Part shown: one piece after another, positions 1-10,305 of the stretch
Position numbering within the stretch: position 1 is the first letter of the stretch
How the letters are laid out: each line of letters opens with the position of its first letter
Assembly (NCBI GenBank): GCA_026387835.1
Contig: JAPLKZ010000013.1
Span: 89,254-153,253, forward strand
Direction: 5' to 3'
DNA length: 64,000 bases
Source: Candidatus Saganbacteria bacterium
GTDB taxonomy: Bacteria; Margulisbacteria; WOR-1; JAKLHX01
Made by a program: the position numbers and the translations under genes
Notes under the pieces: model-generated
Databases searched by the model: none
Seen by the model: the letters and a program-made list of their open reading frames with translations, nothing else
Told to the model about the DNA's origin: nothing

Positions 1-605
1 CGGGACCTCTTGTCAGAAAATTGTATGTTGATGGCGGCGGAGTGCCGGCTTTGATAGCGGTGTTCCAGGATGCTTCAGGGAAAGCAAAAAAGATAGCTCT
101 CGCGCATGCCAAGGGCATCGGAGCGACACGCGCCGGAGTGCTTGAGACGACATTCAAGGAAGAAACGGAGACCGACCTTTTCGGGGAGCAGGCGGTCCTT
201 TGTGGCGGATGCACGGCGCTTGTGATCGCGGGGTTCGAGACGCTGGTCAACGCGGGCTACCAGCCCGAGATAGCTTATTTTGAATGCATGCACGAACTGA
301 AGCTGATAGTCGACCTGATGTATGAAAAAGGTATGTCCGGGATGAGGGCGGCGATCAGCAACACGGCCGAGTACGGTGATTTCACAGTCGGGCCGTTCGT
401 CATCGATGAGTCGGTCAGACAGAGGATGCAGTACGTGCTTTCAAGGATCCAGACTGGAGCTTTCGCCAAAGAATGGATACTTGAGAACCAGGCGGGAAGG
501 CCGGTATTCCTGGCGCACAGAAGAAGAGGCATCGAACATCTGATAGAAAAAGTCGGCAAAGAGCTCCGCAAGATGATGAGCTGGATACCGAAGACGAACG
601 CTTAA
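1..605 (+). CDS. ilvC: ketol-acid reductoisomerase, C-terminal part (5-prime end lies outside window)
   Basis: ORF 21..605 is open in frame to the window start; translation resembles IlvC C-terminal domain; stop TAA 603-605. Confidence 0.8.
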   Translation, partial: GPLVRKLYVDGGGVPALIAVFQDASGKAKKIALAHAKGIGATRAGVLETTFKEETETDLFGEQAVLCGGCTALVIAGFETLVNAGYQPEIAYFECMHELKLIVDLMYEKGMSGMRAAISNTAEYGDFTVGPFVIDESVRQRMQYVLSRIQTGAFAKEWILENQAGRPVFLAHRRRGIEHLIEKVGKELRKMMSWIPKTNA

Positions 606-619
606 GAGATCGTACTGCA

Positions 620-1771
620 GTGAAAAAACGCATCGCAGTACTGGGTTCAACAGGATCTATCGGAAAGCAGGTACTGGAAGCAGTATCTGCCTTTCCTTCT
701 TTATTTACCATAAACGGGCTTGCCACTAAAGGTTATCTCGATATTTTCAAAAAGCAGATAAAAGAATTTAAACCAAAGCATGCTATTGTCAACGATGAGA
801 AAGGATTGATAAAAATTGCTACAGATCCCGGCACGGATATCGTAGTGATGTCGATCGTCGGGACAGCGGGACTTCCGGCAACCATAGCCGCAATAAAAAA
901 AGGAAAGACGATCCTTCTTGCAAGCAAAGAAATACTTGTTGCTGCCGGGGATATTGTGATGCCTCTGGCAAAGAAGTACAGAGCTAAGATTCTTCCTCTG
1001 GATAGCGAGCACAGCGCGGTATTTCAGTGTCTTGGAGGAAAATCCGAAATCCGAAGCACGAAATCCCCCTCGACTTCGCTCGGGGCAAGCGAAAAAAATT
1101 CAAAATTCAAAATTCAAAACAACAGAATAAAAAAAATAATCCTCACTGCATCAGGCGGGCCGTTCAGGGCATATTCAAAAGCCCAACTGAAAAAAGTGAC
1201 CGCAAAACAGGCCCTGGCGCATCCTACATGGAAGATGGGGCCGAAAATAACGATAGATTCTGCTACGCTGATGAACAAAGGACTTGAGGTCATTGAAGCG
1301 CATCATCTTTTCGGGGTTCCTTATGACAAGATCGAGGTCGTCGTTCATCCGCAGAGCATAATCCATTCGATGGTGGAATTCACCGACGGCTCTATTCTTG
1401 CTCAGATGGGAGCCCCTGATATGAGGACTCCGATACAGTATGCGCTTCATTATCCTGACAGGGCACCGAAGAGCTTTGAGACCATCGATATTTCAAAAGC
1501 CGGCCAATTAACATTTGAAAAACCGGACGCGGATAGGTTTCCGTGTCTAAAGATTGCATATCAAGCGGGAAAAACAGGCGGGACCATGCCGGCCGTGATG
1601 TCCGCGGCGAACGATACTGCGGTCGAGATGTTCCTTAAAGGCAAGATCAGGTTCACGGATATTCCGAAGATAGTTTTATCGGTAATGAAAAAGCATGAGT
1701 TTATCAGAAAACCTTCACTTGCTCAGATACTCAAAGCGGAGAAATGGGCGAGAACTGAAGCGGGTGTATAA
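620..1771 (+). CDS. dxr: 1-deoxy-D-xylulose 5-phosphate reductoisomerase
   Basis: GTG start; N-terminal LGSTGSIG NADPH motif, LPLDSEHSA, ILTASGGPF, HPTWKMG, HPQSIIHSMVEF; carries a low-complexity loop insertion at 1040-1125. Confidence 0.9.
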   Translation: MKKRIAVLGSTGSIGKQVLEAVSAFPSLFTINGLATKGYLDIFKKQIKEFKPKHAIVNDEKGLIKIATDPGTDIVVMSIVGTAGLPATIAAIKKGKTILLASKEILVAAGDIVMPLAKKYRAKILPLDSEHSAVFQCLGGKSEIRSTKSPSTSLGASEKNSKFKIQNNRIKKIILTASGGPFRAYSKAQLKKVTAKQALAHPTWKMGPKITIDSATLMNKGLEVIEAHHLFGVPYDKIEVVVHPQSIIHSMVEFTDGSILAQMGAPDMRTPIQYALHYPDRAPKSFETIDISKAGQLTFEKPDADRFPCLKIAYQAGKTGGTMPAVMSAANDTAVEMFLKGKIRFTDIPKIVLSVMKKHEFIRKPSLAQILKAEKWARTEAGV

Positions 1772-1778
1772 TATACCT

Positions 1779-3479
1779 ATGGACAAAGGACAATTAGAAG
1801 TATTGCGCCATTCCACCTCCCACATAATGGCGATGGCGGTAAAGGAACTTTTTCCGGAAGCAAAGCTGGCTATAGGCCCCGCGATAGAAGAAGGTTTTTA
1901 TTATGATTTTGAGATCCCCAGCGTACTTACACCGGAAGACCTCAAGAAGATCGAAGACAAGATGAAAGAAATAATCAAAAGGGACATTAAATTCGAGCGG
2001 ATCGAGATGGACAAGGGAAAAGCGATAAAAGAGATGGAAAAACTCGGGGAAAAATATAAAGTAGAGCTTTTAAAAGAAATTGAAGGTGACAAGGTTACTT
2101 TTTATAGGAATGCGGGCTTTACAGATCTTTGCAGAGGGCCGCATATCGAATCTACGGGAAAAGCAAAAGCTTTCAAGCTGCTCAAACTTGCAGGAGCATA
2201 CTGGAGAGGAAGCGAAAAGAATAAAATGCTCCAGAGGATTTACGGGACATCTTTTGACACGGAAAAAGAACTTGAAGATCATATTAAAAGGATGGAAGAA
2301 GCCGAGAAAAGAGACCACAGGCGTCTCGGAAAAGAGCTTGATCTTTTTAATATCTACCATGAAGAAGCGGGAGCCGGACTTGTGTTTTATCATCCGAAAG
2401 GCGCAGTCTTAAGGGGGGTGATAGAGGATTACCTGAAAGCAGAGCACAGAAAACGCGGCTACCAGACGGTCATCATCCCTCATATTGCGAAAATGGATCT
2501 CTGGCAGACATCAGGCCACGCGGATTATTACAAAGACAACATGTATTTCATGGATATCGACGAACAAAAGTATGTGCTGAAACCGATGAACTGCCCGGGA
2601 CATATTTTGATATACAAAAGGAAACTGAACAGCTACCGTGACCTGCCGGTAAGGTTTTTCGAACTTGGGACAGTATACAGGCATGAAAGGTCCGGCGTGC
2701 TCCACGGACTTCTAAGGGTCCGCGGTTTCACGCAGGATGACGCGCATATCTTCTGCAGGCCGGACCAGCTGCAGGATGAGATCAAAAAAGTGATCGACTT
2801 TGCTTTTGACATGCTTAGGAAGTTCGGTTTCGAGGAGTTCGAAGTCTATCTTTCCACAAGGCCGGAAGGATCGGTCGGTTCCGACGACAACTGGAACCAC
2901 GCGACTGCCGCCCTTGAAGAAGCGTTGAAAAGCAAAAAAATAAAGTATGAGGTCGATCCCGGTGCTGGAGTTTTTTACGGACCGAAGATCGATGTTAAGC
3001 TGAAAGACGCGATAGGCCGCGCGTGGCAGGGGCCGACCATCCAGGTGGACTTCAACCTTCCCGAAAGGTTCGACCTTTCATATATAGGCGAGGACGGGGC
3101 AAAACACCGGCCGGTCATGATCCATAGAGTAGTGTTAGGTAGCATGGAACGCTTTATCGGGGCTTTGACCGAACATTATGCCGGAGCATTCCCGTTCTGG
3201 CTAGCTCCGGTCCAAGTCATCATTCTCCCGATATCGGACAGGCATATCAATTATGCTGAAGAGGTTATCAGGAAATTAGGCGATCAGGATATCAGGGCTG
3301 AACTTGACGCTAGAAGAGAGAAGATAGGACTAAAAATCAGAGAAGCCCAGCTACAGAAGGTCCCGTACATGCTCGTGATAGGCGACAAGGAAGTCGAAGC
3401 AAAGACTGTTGCTGTCCGCTCCAGGGAAAAAGGCGACCTGGGCGCAAAACCCCTGGAAGAGTTCATCCGCTCGATATAA
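1779..3479 (+). CDS. thrS: threonyl-tRNA synthetase lacking the N-terminal TGS domain
   Basis: ATG 1779 directly after dxr stop; RHSTSHIMA editing-domain motif, class II catalytic core and anticodon-binding domain; the upstream ORF extension from 1695 overlaps dxr and was not used. Confidence 0.9.
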   Translation: MDKGQLEVLRHSTSHIMAMAVKELFPEAKLAIGPAIEEGFYYDFEIPSVLTPEDLKKIEDKMKEIIKRDIKFERIEMDKGKAIKEMEKLGEKYKVELLKEIEGDKVTFYRNAGFTDLCRGPHIESTGKAKAFKLLKLAGAYWRGSEKNKMLQRIYGTSFDTEKELEDHIKRMEEAEKRDHRRLGKELDLFNIYHEEAGAGLVFYHPKGAVLRGVIEDYLKAEHRKRGYQTVIIPHIAKMDLWQTSGHADYYKDNMYFMDIDEQKYVLKPMNCPGHILIYKRKLNSYRDLPVRFFELGTVYRHERSGVLHGLLRVRGFTQDDAHIFCRPDQLQDEIKKVIDFAFDMLRKFGFEEFEVYLSTRPEGSVGSDDNWNHATAALEEALKSKKIKYEVDPGAGVFYGPKIDVKLKDAIGRAWQGPTIQVDFNLPERFDLSYIGEDGAKHRPVMIHRVVLGSMERFIGALTEHYAGAFPFWLAPVQVIILPISDRHINYAEEVIRKLGDQDIRAELDARREKIGLKIREAQLQKVPYMLVIGDKEVEAKTVAVRSREKGDLGAKPLEEFIRSI

Positions 3480-3514
3480 TTTACTGCCGGAACAATTCAT
3501 TTTCAGTTATTTTC

Positions 3515-3558
3515 AAAATAAGTGAAATTTATCCATGAAATCTACGATACTCTAATAG
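3515..3558 (+). promoter_or_regulatory. conserved upstream element AAAAT-N-AGTGAAATT-N15-CGATAC-N2-TAATAG (copy 1 of 3)
   Basis: Same spaced architecture recurs at 11263-11307 and 28626-28670, each upstream of an ORF start. Confidence 0.4.
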
Positions 3559-3577
3559 AACGACTTAAGGAGAAAAA

Positions 3578-4216
3578 ATGACACAACAAATGAGGATCGA
3601 ACGCAGTTTAATACTTCGCCCGATCGCGATGACGCTGACAAGGATGATAATGGGACAGCCCAAAACGCTCGGTAGGAAATGGTTCGAAGGTGTCGGTGAG
3701 GGTCATGTGGCGACAGGCACCACAGGCGGCCGCACTACTTTTGATCTTCCGTTGCTGTTCAAGCCCGATACACCCTTAAAAGATGTAAAACCGGCAGTCT
3801 CAGGACTGTGCTTTGACCAGGCATCAAAACTTCTGAACAGAGGAAGAGCTGTTTTTACCGCGAGAGGAAATTACACGCAGGCAGCAATGGATACATACAG
3901 GGCGGAGTTCCTTGCACTTCCGCATGAGGGATCTGACGAAAGGCTTTTTGCGCTGTTCATGATGATGGCCGCATTCCCGTTCACACTAGATAATATGATT
4001 GCAGAAACAGGTTCTAATGTCATGATCGGAACGATAAGACCACTGGAAGGCCCGAGGGTAGTTCTTGATTTTGAAAGGCACAAAGGGAAAGTCGATGTGC
4101 AATCCGTTGCAAACATGTTCCTTGCGCACTTGAATATCATCTCAGGCATCGAGCCTAAACTCGTAGAAAGAACGGATGGCGATCCTTTGCTTAGACTTGT
4201 TTTTCCGAAAGAATAG
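3578..4216 (+). CDS. hypothetical protein (212 aa), no recognised domain
   Basis: ORF with RBS aaggag 8 nt upstream of ATG and a promoter-like element at 3515-3558. Confidence 0.5.
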   Translation: MTQQMRIERSLILRPIAMTLTRMIMGQPKTLGRKWFEGVGEGHVATGTTGGRTTFDLPLLFKPDTPLKDVKPAVSGLCFDQASKLLNRGRAVFTARGNYTQAAMDTYRAEFLALPHEGSDERLFALFMMMAAFPFTLDNMIAETGSNVMIGTIRPLEGPRVVLDFERHKGKVDVQSVANMFLAHLNIISGIEPKLVERTDGDPLLRLVFPKE

Positions 4217-4230
4217 GGCAGAGCTACTGT

Positions 4231-4330
4231 TTTATTACGATATTAATTAATCTTCTGTTTGCAAAGATTATCTTTACGATCTCTTTGTTTTCAATGTTCT
4301 GTTTGATTTTTTCCGACATGAGGGCTTTTT
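4231..4330 (-). pseudogene. diverged duplicate of the leuS 3-prime terminus (orphan fragment)
   Basis: Reverse-complement translation gives ...[29 protein letters not shown], versus true LeuS C-terminus ...[28 protein letters not shown] at 5164-5268; about 80 percent DNA identity over about 85 bp. Confidence 0.75.
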
Positions 4331-4379
4331 TTACTGAAATTCTCCATTATTTTAACGATATATAAATAGAGGGCAAAAA

Positions 4380-5162
4380 ATGGGCGAGATCAACAGAACA
4401 GAGACTAAACAAAACGTTGCAGCGCAGGCAGGAAAAACAAACGAAAGAACAATTAACCTGCCCGATGAAAAAAGCAGGAGTTCGATGTCCGGGCCGGTCA
4501 TCGATGACGGACTGGACAGGTTCGACCGCGACATCTGGAGTAAGGCCCACGGCTGGGCAAACGGAGCCCCGTTCAATAACGGGTGGAGATCGGACCATGT
4601 GGCGTTCGAGAACGGCAGGATGGTTCTGACGCTCGACAACACCGCGAGTTCAGGAAAACCGTACACTTCCGGTGAATACAGGACAAAAGACTTTTACGGA
4701 TACGGCACGCTTGAGGCAAGCATCAAAGCGGCTGCGGGCGAAGGCATAATGGGGGGGTCATTGTTCTTCTGCACCGGCCCTTACGACAATAACCCGTGGG
4801 ACGAGATAGACATCGAGATCATCAAAGGGAAAATGCAGGTCAATTATATTACTAACGGTAACGGGAACAACGAAAGAACGATCGAGCTTGGATTTGATCC
4901 TTCAAAAGCTTTTCACACGTATAAAATAGAATGGCGGCCTGACATGATCATCTGGTCGGTCGACGAAAAAGAGGTGCACAGAGAGAACGGTTCCCGCAGT
5001 CCTCTTCCGAAGACCCCCGGAAGGATCATCGCTAATTTGTGGACAGGTAAAGATGTTGACGGTTGGCTGGGGAAGTTTGAATACAGATCCCCGTTGAGAG
5101 CCGAATATGACTGGATAAAATACACGCCTTTTAAAGACAAGACGTCCGGCTGCAATAAATAG
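4380..5162 (+). CDS. glycoside hydrolase family 16-like (beta-glucanase/laminarinase type), no signal peptide seen
   Basis: WDEIDIEI catalytic-type motif and jelly-roll-like context; sits between the two leuS 3-prime copies. Confidence 0.65.
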   Translation: MGEINRTETKQNVAAQAGKTNERTINLPDEKSRSSMSGPVIDDGLDRFDRDIWSKAHGWANGAPFNNGWRSDHVAFENGRMVLTLDNTASSGKPYTSGEYRTKDFYGYGTLEASIKAAAGEGIMGGSLFFCTGPYDNNPWDEIDIEIIKGKMQVNYITNGNGNNERTIELGFDPSKAFHTYKIEWRPDMIIWSVDEKEVHRENGSRSPLPKTPGRIIANLWTGKDVDGWLGKFEYRSPLRAEYDWIKYTPFKDKTSGCNK

Positions 5163-5163
5163 T

Positions 5164-7584
5164 TTATTTTACGACTATATTTATCAGTCTTCTGTTTGCG
5201 AAGATTATCTTCACGATCTCTTTATCCCCGATATTCTGTTTGATCTTTTCCAGTGCTAAGGCTTTTTCTCTTGCTTCTTTTTCGCTTATATCAGCCGGAA
5301 CGGTCATCTTGTCGCGCAGCTTGCCGTTCACCTGAATCGGGATCTCGATCTCTGTATCTTTGGCAAGAGTACTGTCAAAAGACGGCCATGCCTGATCAGA
5401 TATGCTGCCTTTTCCCCCTGCAACACTCCAGAGCTCTTCGGCGATATGAGGAGCGAAAGGGGAAAGAAGAAGGATCAGTTTCTGTGCAGCCTCCGGGCTA
5501 AGTTCCTGTCCCTGTAAAGTATTTGACAGCTCCATTATCTTTGCGATCGCGGTGTTGAACGAGAATTTCTCTATGTCTTCGGTCACGCATTTGATGGTTT
5601 TATGGAGTTTTTGGACAGCTTCTTTGTCTGCTGCCGGCAGGACATTTCCTGCATTCTTGTTTTGCACAAGTTTCCAGATCCTGTTAAGGAACCTGTAGCA
5701 GCCTTCCACCCCGGCGTCGCTCCATTCAAGTTCCCTTTCAGGCGGTGAAGCAAATAATATGAATAGTCTTGCCGTGTCGGCCCCGTATCTTTCGATTATA
5801 TAGTCAGGGTCTATTACGTTGCCTTTTGACTTGCTCATCTTTGCTCCGTCTTTTACGACCATGCCTTGAGTCAGAAGATTTTTGAACGGTTCATCTACCG
5901 GTACGAGTTTCAGGTCAAACAGGACTTTAGTAAAGAACCGTGAATAGAGAAGATGCAGTATCGCGTGTTCTATTCCACCGATATATTGATCGACAGGGAA
6001 CCAGTATTTCAGGTCATCAGAGTTGAAAGGCTTGCCGGTCTCTTTCGGGTTCACGTACCTGAAGAAATACCATGAGGAGCAGTTGAAAGTGTCCAGAGTG
6101 TCCGTTTCTCTTTTTCCCGGTCCGCCGCACTTCGGGCATTTTGTGTTGACAAAATCTTTGACTTTAGAAAGAGGGGATCCTCCTTCACCTGTGAATTTAA
6201 CTTCGTACGGAAGTTTAACCGGCAAGTCTTTCTCGGGAACAGGGACTGCTCCGCATTTTTTGCAATATACAATTGGTATCGGGGCTCCCCAATACCTCTG
6301 CCGTGAAATCAGCCAGTCCCGCATCTTGAAGTTGACTTCCCTTTTTCCGCTGCCATTATCTATAAGCCAGTCGGTTATTGCTTTTATCGCATCGTTGCTT
6401 TTTAGCCCGTTGAACCGGTCGGAATTTACCATGATGCCTTCATCAACAAAAGCGCATTCCATATCGTTAAAGGGCGCACGACCGTGCGCCCCTACAGGGG
6501 CAATTACTTCTTTAATTGGCAGGTTGAATGTTTTTGCGAACTCAAAATCTCTCTGATCATGTGCGGGCACCGCCATCACTGCTCCTGTCCCGTACTCCAT
6601 CAGAACATAATCTGATGTCCATACGGGGATCTTTTCCCCTGTCGCCGGATTGACCGCGTATGCACCGGTGAACTCCCCTGTCTTTTCCGTGGCTTTTTCG
6701 CGTGACGAAGCGGACTCTTTCTTAACGCTATCTATATATGTAAGGACGGCTTTTTCCTGCTTTGTCCCTTTTGAAAGCTCTTTTGTGTATGGATGTTCGG
6801 GAGCAAGAGTCATATATGTCACCCCGAACAGAGTGTCGGGCCTTGTGGTGAACACCTCCAACTCTTTGTCCGAGCCGTCGATCTTGAATTTGATGCTCAT
6901 TCCTTCTGACCTGCCGATCCAGTTGCGCTGCATGATCTTGACGCTGTCAGGCCAGCCAGCAAGTTTTTCGATGTCATCGAGAAGCCTTTGAGCGTATGCT
7001 GTTATTTTGAAGAACCATTGCTCCAGGTCCTTTTCGCCGACAACGGACTCACACCTCCAGCATTTGCCGTCCTTGACCTGCTCGTTGGCCAGTACGGTCT
7101 CGCATTTAGGGCACCAGTTGACGAGAGATTTCTTCTTGTAGGCGAGCCCCGCTTCGTAGAACTTGATGAATATCCACTGCGTCCATTTATAATAATCTTC
7201 TTTGCTGGTAGTGACCTCCCTGCTCCAGTCATAAGAAAGCCCGAGCCGCTTGAGCTGGGACTTCATCTGAATTATGCACTTTTCCGTCCAGTCCTTTGGA
7301 TGCGAATTGTTCTTTATCGCGGCGTTCTCAGCGGGCATGCCGAAAGCATCCCAGCCGATCGGGTGAAGCACGTTGAACCCTTTCATCTTTTTATAGCGCG
7401 CGATGATGTCGCCGATGGCATAATTGCGCACGTGGCCCATGTGGATCGCGCCGGAAGGATAGGGGAACATAACAAGGTCGTAAAATTTAGGTTTCCCTGA
7501 CTTGTTCGGCACCTCGAATGATCTGTTCTTTTCCCAGAAGGACTGCCATCTGGATTCGATATCTTTGTGGTTATAATCGGGCAT
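5164..7584 (-). CDS. leuS: leucyl-tRNA synthetase
   Basis: 806 aa; class I HIGH-type motif (HMGHVRNY), KMSKSKGN, editing domain present. Confidence 0.95.
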   Translation of the reverse strand: MPDYNHKDIESRWQSFWEKNRSFEVPNKSGKPKFYDLVMFPYPSGAIHMGHVRNYAIGDIIARYKKMKGFNVLHPIGWDAFGMPAENAAIKNNSHPKDWTEKCIIQMKSQLKRLGLSYDWSREVTTSKEDYYKWTQWIFIKFYEAGLAYKKKSLVNWCPKCETVLANEQVKDGKCWRCESVVGEKDLEQWFFKITAYAQRLLDDIEKLAGWPDSVKIMQRNWIGRSEGMSIKFKIDGSDKELEVFTTRPDTLFGVTYMTLAPEHPYTKELSKGTKQEKAVLTYIDSVKKESASSREKATEKTGEFTGAYAVNPATGEKIPVWTSDYVLMEYGTGAVMAVPAHDQRDFEFAKTFNLPIKEVIAPVGAHGRAPFNDMECAFVDEGIMVNSDRFNGLKSNDAIKAITDWLIDNGSGKREVNFKMRDWLISRQRYWGAPIPIVYCKKCGAVPVPEKDLPVKLPYEVKFTGEGGSPLSKVKDFVNTKCPKCGGPGKRETDTLDTFNCSSWYFFRYVNPKETGKPFNSDDLKYWFPVDQYIGGIEHAILHLLYSRFFTKVLFDLKLVPVDEPFKNLLTQGMVVKDGAKMSKSKGNVIDPDYIIERYGADTARLFILFASPPERELEWSDAGVEGCYRFLNRIWKLVQNKNAGNVLPAADKEAVQKLHKTIKCVTEDIEKFSFNTAIAKIMELSNTLQGQELSPEAAQKLILLLSPFAPHIAEELWSVAGGKGSISDQAWPSFDSTLAKDTEIEIPIQVNGKLRDKMTVPADISEKEAREKALALEKIKQNIGDKEIVKIIFANRRLINIVVK

Positions 7585-7623
7585 ATAAATAAGTATAATC
7601 CATCATGATATAATAATCAAAAT

Positions 7624-8799
7624 ATGTATAACTTGCCAGATAAAAACGGATATTTCGGGAAATACGGAGGGACATTTGTACCTGAAACACTGATGCCGTG
7701 CGTCGAAGAACTCAAAGAAGCATATTACTCGTTAAAACATGACCAAAGCCTTAAAAAAGAAATAGGTCATTATCTCAGGGATTTTGCAGGCAGACCGACC
7801 CCTCTTTATCTTGCACAAAACCTTTCAAGAAAACACGGTTTCAAGATCTATCTGAAAAGGGAAGACCTATGCCACACCGGAGCGCACAAGATAAATAATT
7901 GCATCGGGCAGATCCTTCTCGCAAGAAAAATGGGAAAGAAAAGGATAATAGCAGAGACCGGGGCCGGCCAGCACGGCGTCGCGACAGCGACTGTTGCGGC
8001 TTTGTTCGGTCTGAAATGCATCGTCTATATGGGCTCTGAGGATATCAGGCGGCAGGCTTTGAACGTTTACAGGATGGAGCTTCTCGGCGCGGAGGTAAGG
8101 CCGGTAAAGACGGGCAGCAGGACTTTAAAAGAGGCGATAAACGAAGCGCTCCGCGACTGGATGGCGAACGTGAAAGACACTTATTATCTCATCGGTTCAT
8201 GCGTCGGCCCGCATCCATATCCGATGATGGTCAGGGATTTCCAGAAAGTGATAGGGGAGGAAACAAAAAAACAGGTCAAAGCCGCGGAGGACAGACTACC
8301 TGATATCGCAGCCGCGTGCGTCGGCGGCGGCAGCAATTCCATCGGGATGTTCTATCCGTTCATCGACGACGCTTCAGTCAGGCTGGTCGGACTTGAGGCC
8401 GGCGGCAGGAGCATGAAGATCGGCGAAAACGGGGCGGCACTCGCAAAAGGAAAGACCGGGATACTCCACGGGTCAAAAAGCTATGTCCTGCAGACGGCAG
8501 ACGGTCAGATCGCGGGTACGCATTCTATCTCAGCGGGGCTGGACTATCCGGGCGTCGGGCCCGAGCACGCGTATTTGAAAGACTGCGGAAGAGTGAAATA
8601 TGAAAGTATCAGTGATAAAGAAGCCGCGGCCGCTTTTGAATATCTGGCAAAAGAAGAGGGAATAATCCCCGCGCTTGAATCCGCCCACGCGGTAGCTTAC
8701 CTGAAAAAATTGTCCGGGAAACTATCAAAAGATAAGATAGTCGTGATATGCCTGTCGGGACGCGGCGATAAAGATATCGATATGACAAGGAAAAGATGA
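7624..8799 (+). CDS. trpB: tryptophan synthase beta chain
   Basis: 391 aa; [12 protein letters not shown]-lysine motif, [15 protein letters not shown]. Confidence 0.9.
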   Translation: MYNLPDKNGYFGKYGGTFVPETLMPCVEELKEAYYSLKHDQSLKKEIGHYLRDFAGRPTPLYLAQNLSRKHGFKIYLKREDLCHTGAHKINNCIGQILLARKMGKKRIIAETGAGQHGVATATVAALFGLKCIVYMGSEDIRRQALNVYRMELLGAEVRPVKTGSRTLKEAINEALRDWMANVKDTYYLIGSCVGPHPYPMMVRDFQKVIGEETKKQVKAAEDRLPDIAAACVGGGSNSIGMFYPFIDDASVRLVGLEAGGRSMKIGENGAALAKGKTGILHGSKSYVLQTADGQIAGTHSISAGLDYPGVGPEHAYLKDCGRVKYESISDKEAAAAFEYLAKEEGIIPALESAHAVAYLKKLSGKLSKDKIVVICLSGRGDKDIDMTRKR

Positions 8800-8809
8800 A
8801 TGCCGTCCT

Positions 8810-10261
8810 CTAAACGGTCCTTCTAAACTTATCCAGCCCCTGGATCTTAAGCAAATTGTTGACCATTCCCACGGCATCCTTTTTCAGGTCCGATACGGAA
8901 GATGCCAATTCGATGTAATCTTTTTTGTAGATCAGATCAGAGCCGGGGATGGAGGCAAAAACATTATAATAATCCTTGGTGACGGGGTTGTTCTTTACCG
9001 TTTCGGCGAAGTGTCTTATTGAAGCCGCGGAATCGCCCGCTTCATGGTACACTTCGCTGATCGCATACCTCGGCTCCTTGATCTCCATATTTATCATCAC
9101 GCGCATACCGGGCACACAAACGCGGACAGCCGGGATGTCCAATTTGAGATGGGTCTTGTCGATGACAACGGTCTTGTATCCGGATTTTTCCAGTATCCCC
9201 ATAATATAGAGTATCTCTTCCTTTATATCAGGCTTGCACGCGCTGGGGACCTCATCCATCGTGACGCTTTTTTTACTTTTCAGGAGCATCTCCGTGTTAT
9301 ATAAAGGAAGGAAACCCGTATGTTTTTTAGGCAGCGCGGACATGACCTCTTTCCAGTTGACATTCAGCTCTTCCTGAGAAACGCACATAAGGGAAAAACC
9401 CTCAAAATATTCTGCCAGGGCCCTGATCAGCGCTTTTTGCGGGTCCGTGCTAGCCCCCTGGCCGACCCCCTGATAAGTAAGTTTGTCTTTGTCCTGTTCG
9501 CGGATGCCGTAAGCTATGAAGGTCGGCACTTTGAAATCAAAAGAGATGTCCTTTATTGTGAATTTGATCCCGTTCTTCTGAGAATTTTCCAGAACTCTTG
9601 TCACAAGAAGATTATTGATGCTTTCAAGCTTCAGGTCATTTCCCGGTTCCATGTCCATGAAAAGACGGCAGATGTTCTCCCTTTCTATGACCTCGCAAAG
9701 GGCCTGCAGTATAGCCTCTTCCATCGTGTTGCCGGCTGCGAGCCCGTTGGACCCGACCACCATGTTATGCCAGTTCACCGGATAATAGAACGGTTTCCGG
9801 TCGTTAAGGCACGTGCCCAGGACCCATTTAAGAGGTATGTCCTTTATTTCCCTGAGCAGTTCATCGCGGTCTTTCAGGTCGATGAAATTGCAGAGGAAAT
9901 ATGATTCGTCAACTGTCTGGATATCCCCCTTTTTGATCTCGTTAAAGCTTTTCAGGCAATATCCCTCATAATGTTCATAATCAAAATGCAGCCACGAATA
10001 CCGTTCCGCGAATTCCATGACCGCGCTGGCCTTTGATTGTTCCGGAGTGAGGCCCTTGCCGCTGGTCTTAAGTTTGTCGCTTATGCTTGAAAAAGAATAA
10101 GCGCCTTCAATGGCGTCTTTCCTGGGTTCGATCCTGAAACTTGACAGGTCAAGCATTGTTTCCAGATGTTTTAAGGCGTTTTCTATTGTCGAGGAAGGGT
10201 CCGTGACCTTGTCCTGGTCAAGCGTGTATTTTTTCGGGCAACTTTTAAGTTCGATCACCAT
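8810..10261 (-). CDS. YcaO-domain protein (stand-alone)
   Basis: 483 aa; YcaO-like motifs (GKGLTPEQSKASAVMEFAERYSW, GSNGLAAGNTMEEAILQALCEVIERE); no TfuA or precursor gene adjacent. Confidence 0.65.
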   Translation of the reverse strand: MVIELKSCPKKYTLDQDKVTDPSSTIENALKHLETMLDLSSFRIEPRKDAIEGAYSFSSISDKLKTSGKGLTPEQSKASAVMEFAERYSWLHFDYEHYEGYCLKSFNEIKKGDIQTVDESYFLCNFIDLKDRDELLREIKDIPLKWVLGTCLNDRKPFYYPVNWHNMVVGSNGLAAGNTMEEAILQALCEVIERENICRLFMDMEPGNDLKLESINNLLVTRVLENSQKNGIKFTIKDISFDFKVPTFIAYGIREQDKDKLTYQGVGQGASTDPQKALIRALAEYFEGFSLMCVSQEELNVNWKEVMSALPKKHTGFLPLYNTEMLLKSKKSVTMDEVPSACKPDIKEEILYIMGILEKSGYKTVVIDKTHLKLDIPAVRVCVPGMRVMINMEIKEPRYAISEVYHEAGDSAASIRHFAETVKNNPVTKDYYNVFASIPGSDLIYKKDYIELASSVSDLKKDAVGMVNNLLKIQGLDKFRRTV

Positions 10262-10305
10262 AGGTCATTTCAATTATATATGTTCGCTGTCTTTATTCAA
10301 GAGGA

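Noticed and set aside
1695-1778. Upstream start for thrS
   Set aside because: It overlaps the dxr 3-prime end in another frame and adds no ThrRS-like sequence.
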